Below are positions 62,543 to 64,000 of a stretch of 64,000 nt of DNA, in pieces. The position numbers and the translations under genes were made by a program. The stretch is from Bryobacterales bacterium (lineage in GTDB: Bacteria > Acidobacteriota > Terriglobia > Bryobacterales > UBA6623): assembly GCA_965238045.1 (NCBI GenBank), contig CBDEGU010000010.1, forward strand, positions 237,627-301,626. The letters run 5' to 3'. The notes beneath the pieces are model-generated. The model saw only the letters and a program-made list of their open reading frames with translations. It searched no databases and had not been told where the DNA came from. Position 1 is the stretch's first letter, and each line of letters opens with the position of its first letter.

Positions 62543-63520
62543 TCACAAGCTCGCCAGCACCTTGTCGTCGAAGGAAAAGTCCGGCGCCGCCCCGCCCGTT
62601 TGCCGCCGGCGCCAGGCGAAGGCACCGGCAAGACCTTCTTCAAACCTCACCGGTTCAAACCCCAGTTCCTCCCGGGCGCGCCCGGTCCGCTGCGTGATCG
62701 GGGGCATGTCGAAATATTGCCCGAAGTAATAGGGCGGCTCAAAAATCCTCCCTCCCATATCGAGCAGTTTCTCGCGCGGGACCAATACCACCTCGAGCTT
62801 CCTTCCAGCCGCGCGGGCAAGCGATTCCACCAGCTCCCGCTGCGTGAGGGGCGATGGGTTTGCGATGTTATACGCCCGTCCGGCCGCGCAGTCGCTTTCA
62901 GCGGCCAGGATCGCCGCGCGGGCAATGTCATCGGCCAGGACGAACTGCATCGGCCGTTCTCCGTCGCCGGGAACGATCACCGCCCGGCCGGCCAGCAGAC
63001 GGTCCCAGAAGAACGCCTCGCGATAAAAAGGATTCTCCGGGCCGTAGACGTAGGGCGGTCTCAGGGTAACGGCCGGAAAGCCTTGCTCGCGATGCAGCGC
63101 GAAAAGCATCGCCTCGGTTTGGGCCTTGTTGCGAACGTAGTCGTCCGGGTGGTCGTCCGGGGCCAGCGGGCTGTCCTCGTCCAGGTCCAGACCTTCGCCA
63201 TAGGCCGCGACGCTCGAGGTGAAGACATAGCGCCGCGGGCGAGGCGAGAGCGCCAGCGCCAGCGCCCGGACTTGCCCGGCCGTGGTGCCGCGCTGCCAGT
63301 CATACACATTGTCATAGACCAGATCGAAGGTTTTGCCTTCCAGGACCCGTCGCACCGCCTCGGTATCGTTGCGGTCGCAGCGAATCTCTCCCGTCTGACC
63401 CGCGAAAGGATTCCCCGCGCCCCGATGCAGTATGGTGACCTGGTCGCCCCGGGCGAGGAGTCGCCGCACCAGCGCGCGGCCAATGAAGAGAGTACCGCCG
63501 ATGACGAGAGTGCGTGCCAA
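62543..63520 (-). CDS. NAD-dependent epimerase/dehydratase family protein
   Basis: 325 aa. N-terminal LVIGGTLFIGRALVRRLL (GxxGxxG Rossmann). Confidence 0.85.
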   Translation of the reverse strand: MARTLVIGGTLFIGRALVRRLLARGDQVTILHRGAGNPFAGQTGEIRCDRNDTEAVRRVLEGKTFDLVYDNVYDWQRGTTAGQVRALALALSPRPRRYVFTSSVAAYGEGLDLDEDSPLAPDDHPDDYVRNKAQTEAMLFALHREQGFPAVTLRPPYVYGPENPFYREAFFWDRLLAGRAVIVPGDGERPMQFVLADDIARAAILAAESDCAAGRAYNIANPSPLTQRELVESLARAAGRKLEVVLVPREKLLDMGGRIFEPPYYFGQYFDMPPITQRTGRAREELGFEPVRFEEGLAGAFAWRRRQTGGAAPDFSFDDKVLASL

Positions 63521-63618
63521 GGTTTGAGCAGACTTCGAGCGGACTCAGAGGCTTCCGAAATACCGAGCGCGCCGACATTTTATCACACGCCCGCCGCACC
63601 GGGTCCGGGATACTGTTA

Positions 63619-64000
63619 CTAGAGCTTGAACAGCTCCCGCAAGCGTTTCGTTTGTGCCCGGCTGACAGGAATTTCCGTTTGATTGCGGTCGCTCATGCGG
63701 AGATGGTAGCTTGACTTGAACCAGGGAACGACCTCTTGGATCTTGTCGATGTTGACAAGATAAGAACGGTGCACCCTCCAAAACGAAGTCAAGTCCAGGC
63801 TCGACTGCAGATCCTCGAGCGTGCGATAGTTCGACATCCCTTCGATTTCCGATGAAACGATCGTAATCAATCCATCCTGGATGGTGGCGAAGACCACCTC
63901 GCCGGCATCGACCAGGAACAGGTGCTTATGGCTTTTCAGCAGCACCTTCGCCGGTCGCTGGAGGCCCAGCCGAAGCTGCGAGACGATCTCGCCGATACGG
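63619..64000 (-). CDS. LytTR-domain DNA-binding regulator, C-terminal part (5' end outside window)
   Basis: FWRVHRSYLVNIDKI...VPVSRAQTKRLRELF is the LytTR signature. The frame stays open from 63945 to the window end (…RIGEIVSQLRLGLQRPAKV). Confidence 0.75.
   Translation of the reverse strand, partial: RIGEIVSQLRLGLQRPAKVLLKSHKHLFLVDAGEVVFATIQDGLITIVSSEIEGMSNYRTLEDLQSSLDLTSFWRVHRSYLVNIDKIQEVVPWFKSSYHLRMSDRNQTEIPVSRAQTKRLRELFKL

Overview
High-GC bacterial chromosome segment. The gene content (Ser/Thr-kinase::TolB-propeller fusions, many Tat-signal enzymes, a sulfatase) suggests an Acidobacteriota/Solibacter-like soil bacterium; this is inference only. Layout: (i) 1-13.7 kb holds exported (Tat or Sec signal) enzymes: class-V aminotransferase, two RraA-like proteins, a DapA-like aldolase, alkaline phosphatase, a SelA-like PLP enzyme, an aldo/keto reductase, a CxxCH protein and a beta-propeller protein. 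(ii) About 13.7-29.0 kb is an accessory, lower-GC (by eye) integrative element. It ends with a tyrosine integrase 13 bp from the 3' end of tRNA-Thr(CGU). It carries a replication module (excisionase, wHTH initiator, CHC2 zinc-finger primase fragment, RepA-like ATPase, Spo11/TopoVI-A-like protein), a terminase-small-subunit-like gene, two different XRE-ImmA/IrrE modules and three IS elements (IS630, IS1182-like, IS1-like). (iii) 29.1-34.8 kb continues the exported-enzyme theme (amidohydrolase, aminotransferase, enolase-superfamily enzyme, sulfatase) and has two copies of a roughly 180-bp MITE-like repeat. (iv) 35-52 kb is housekeeping: membrane proteins, ADP-ribosylglycohydrolase, pgsA, an ABC exporter pair, tkt, a DegT aminotransferase, rhomboid, tatA, HU, TlpA, two PTPS paralogs plus folE, and a lactonase. 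(v) 52.1-61.5 kb is a head-to-tail array of three kinase::TolB paralogs. One has its catalytic core deleted, one is split by an IS256-family element, and the intact middle copy is a chimera of the other two. (vi) 61.6-64 kb holds bacterioferritin, an epimerase and a LytTR regulator cut by the window edge. The strongest novel candidate is a 3,054-bp IS1-family element with 24-bp terminal inverted repeats and an 8-bp target duplication. It carries three passenger genes (a 220-aa unknown protein, an XRE-ImmA/IrrE protein and an 81-aa basic protein) and has split the terS-like gene from its Shine-Dalgarno sequence and start codon. Other notable points: a promoter/operator motif (TTTACAAAC-N8-GTTTG) shared by two island promoters next to the other XRE-ImmA/IrrE + DUF4411 pair; a satellite-like island gene content; and the apparently periplasmic PLP/NAD(P) enzyme cluster. 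No CRISPR array, rRNA or reverse transcriptase was seen. All coordinates of repeats and motifs were counted by hand.
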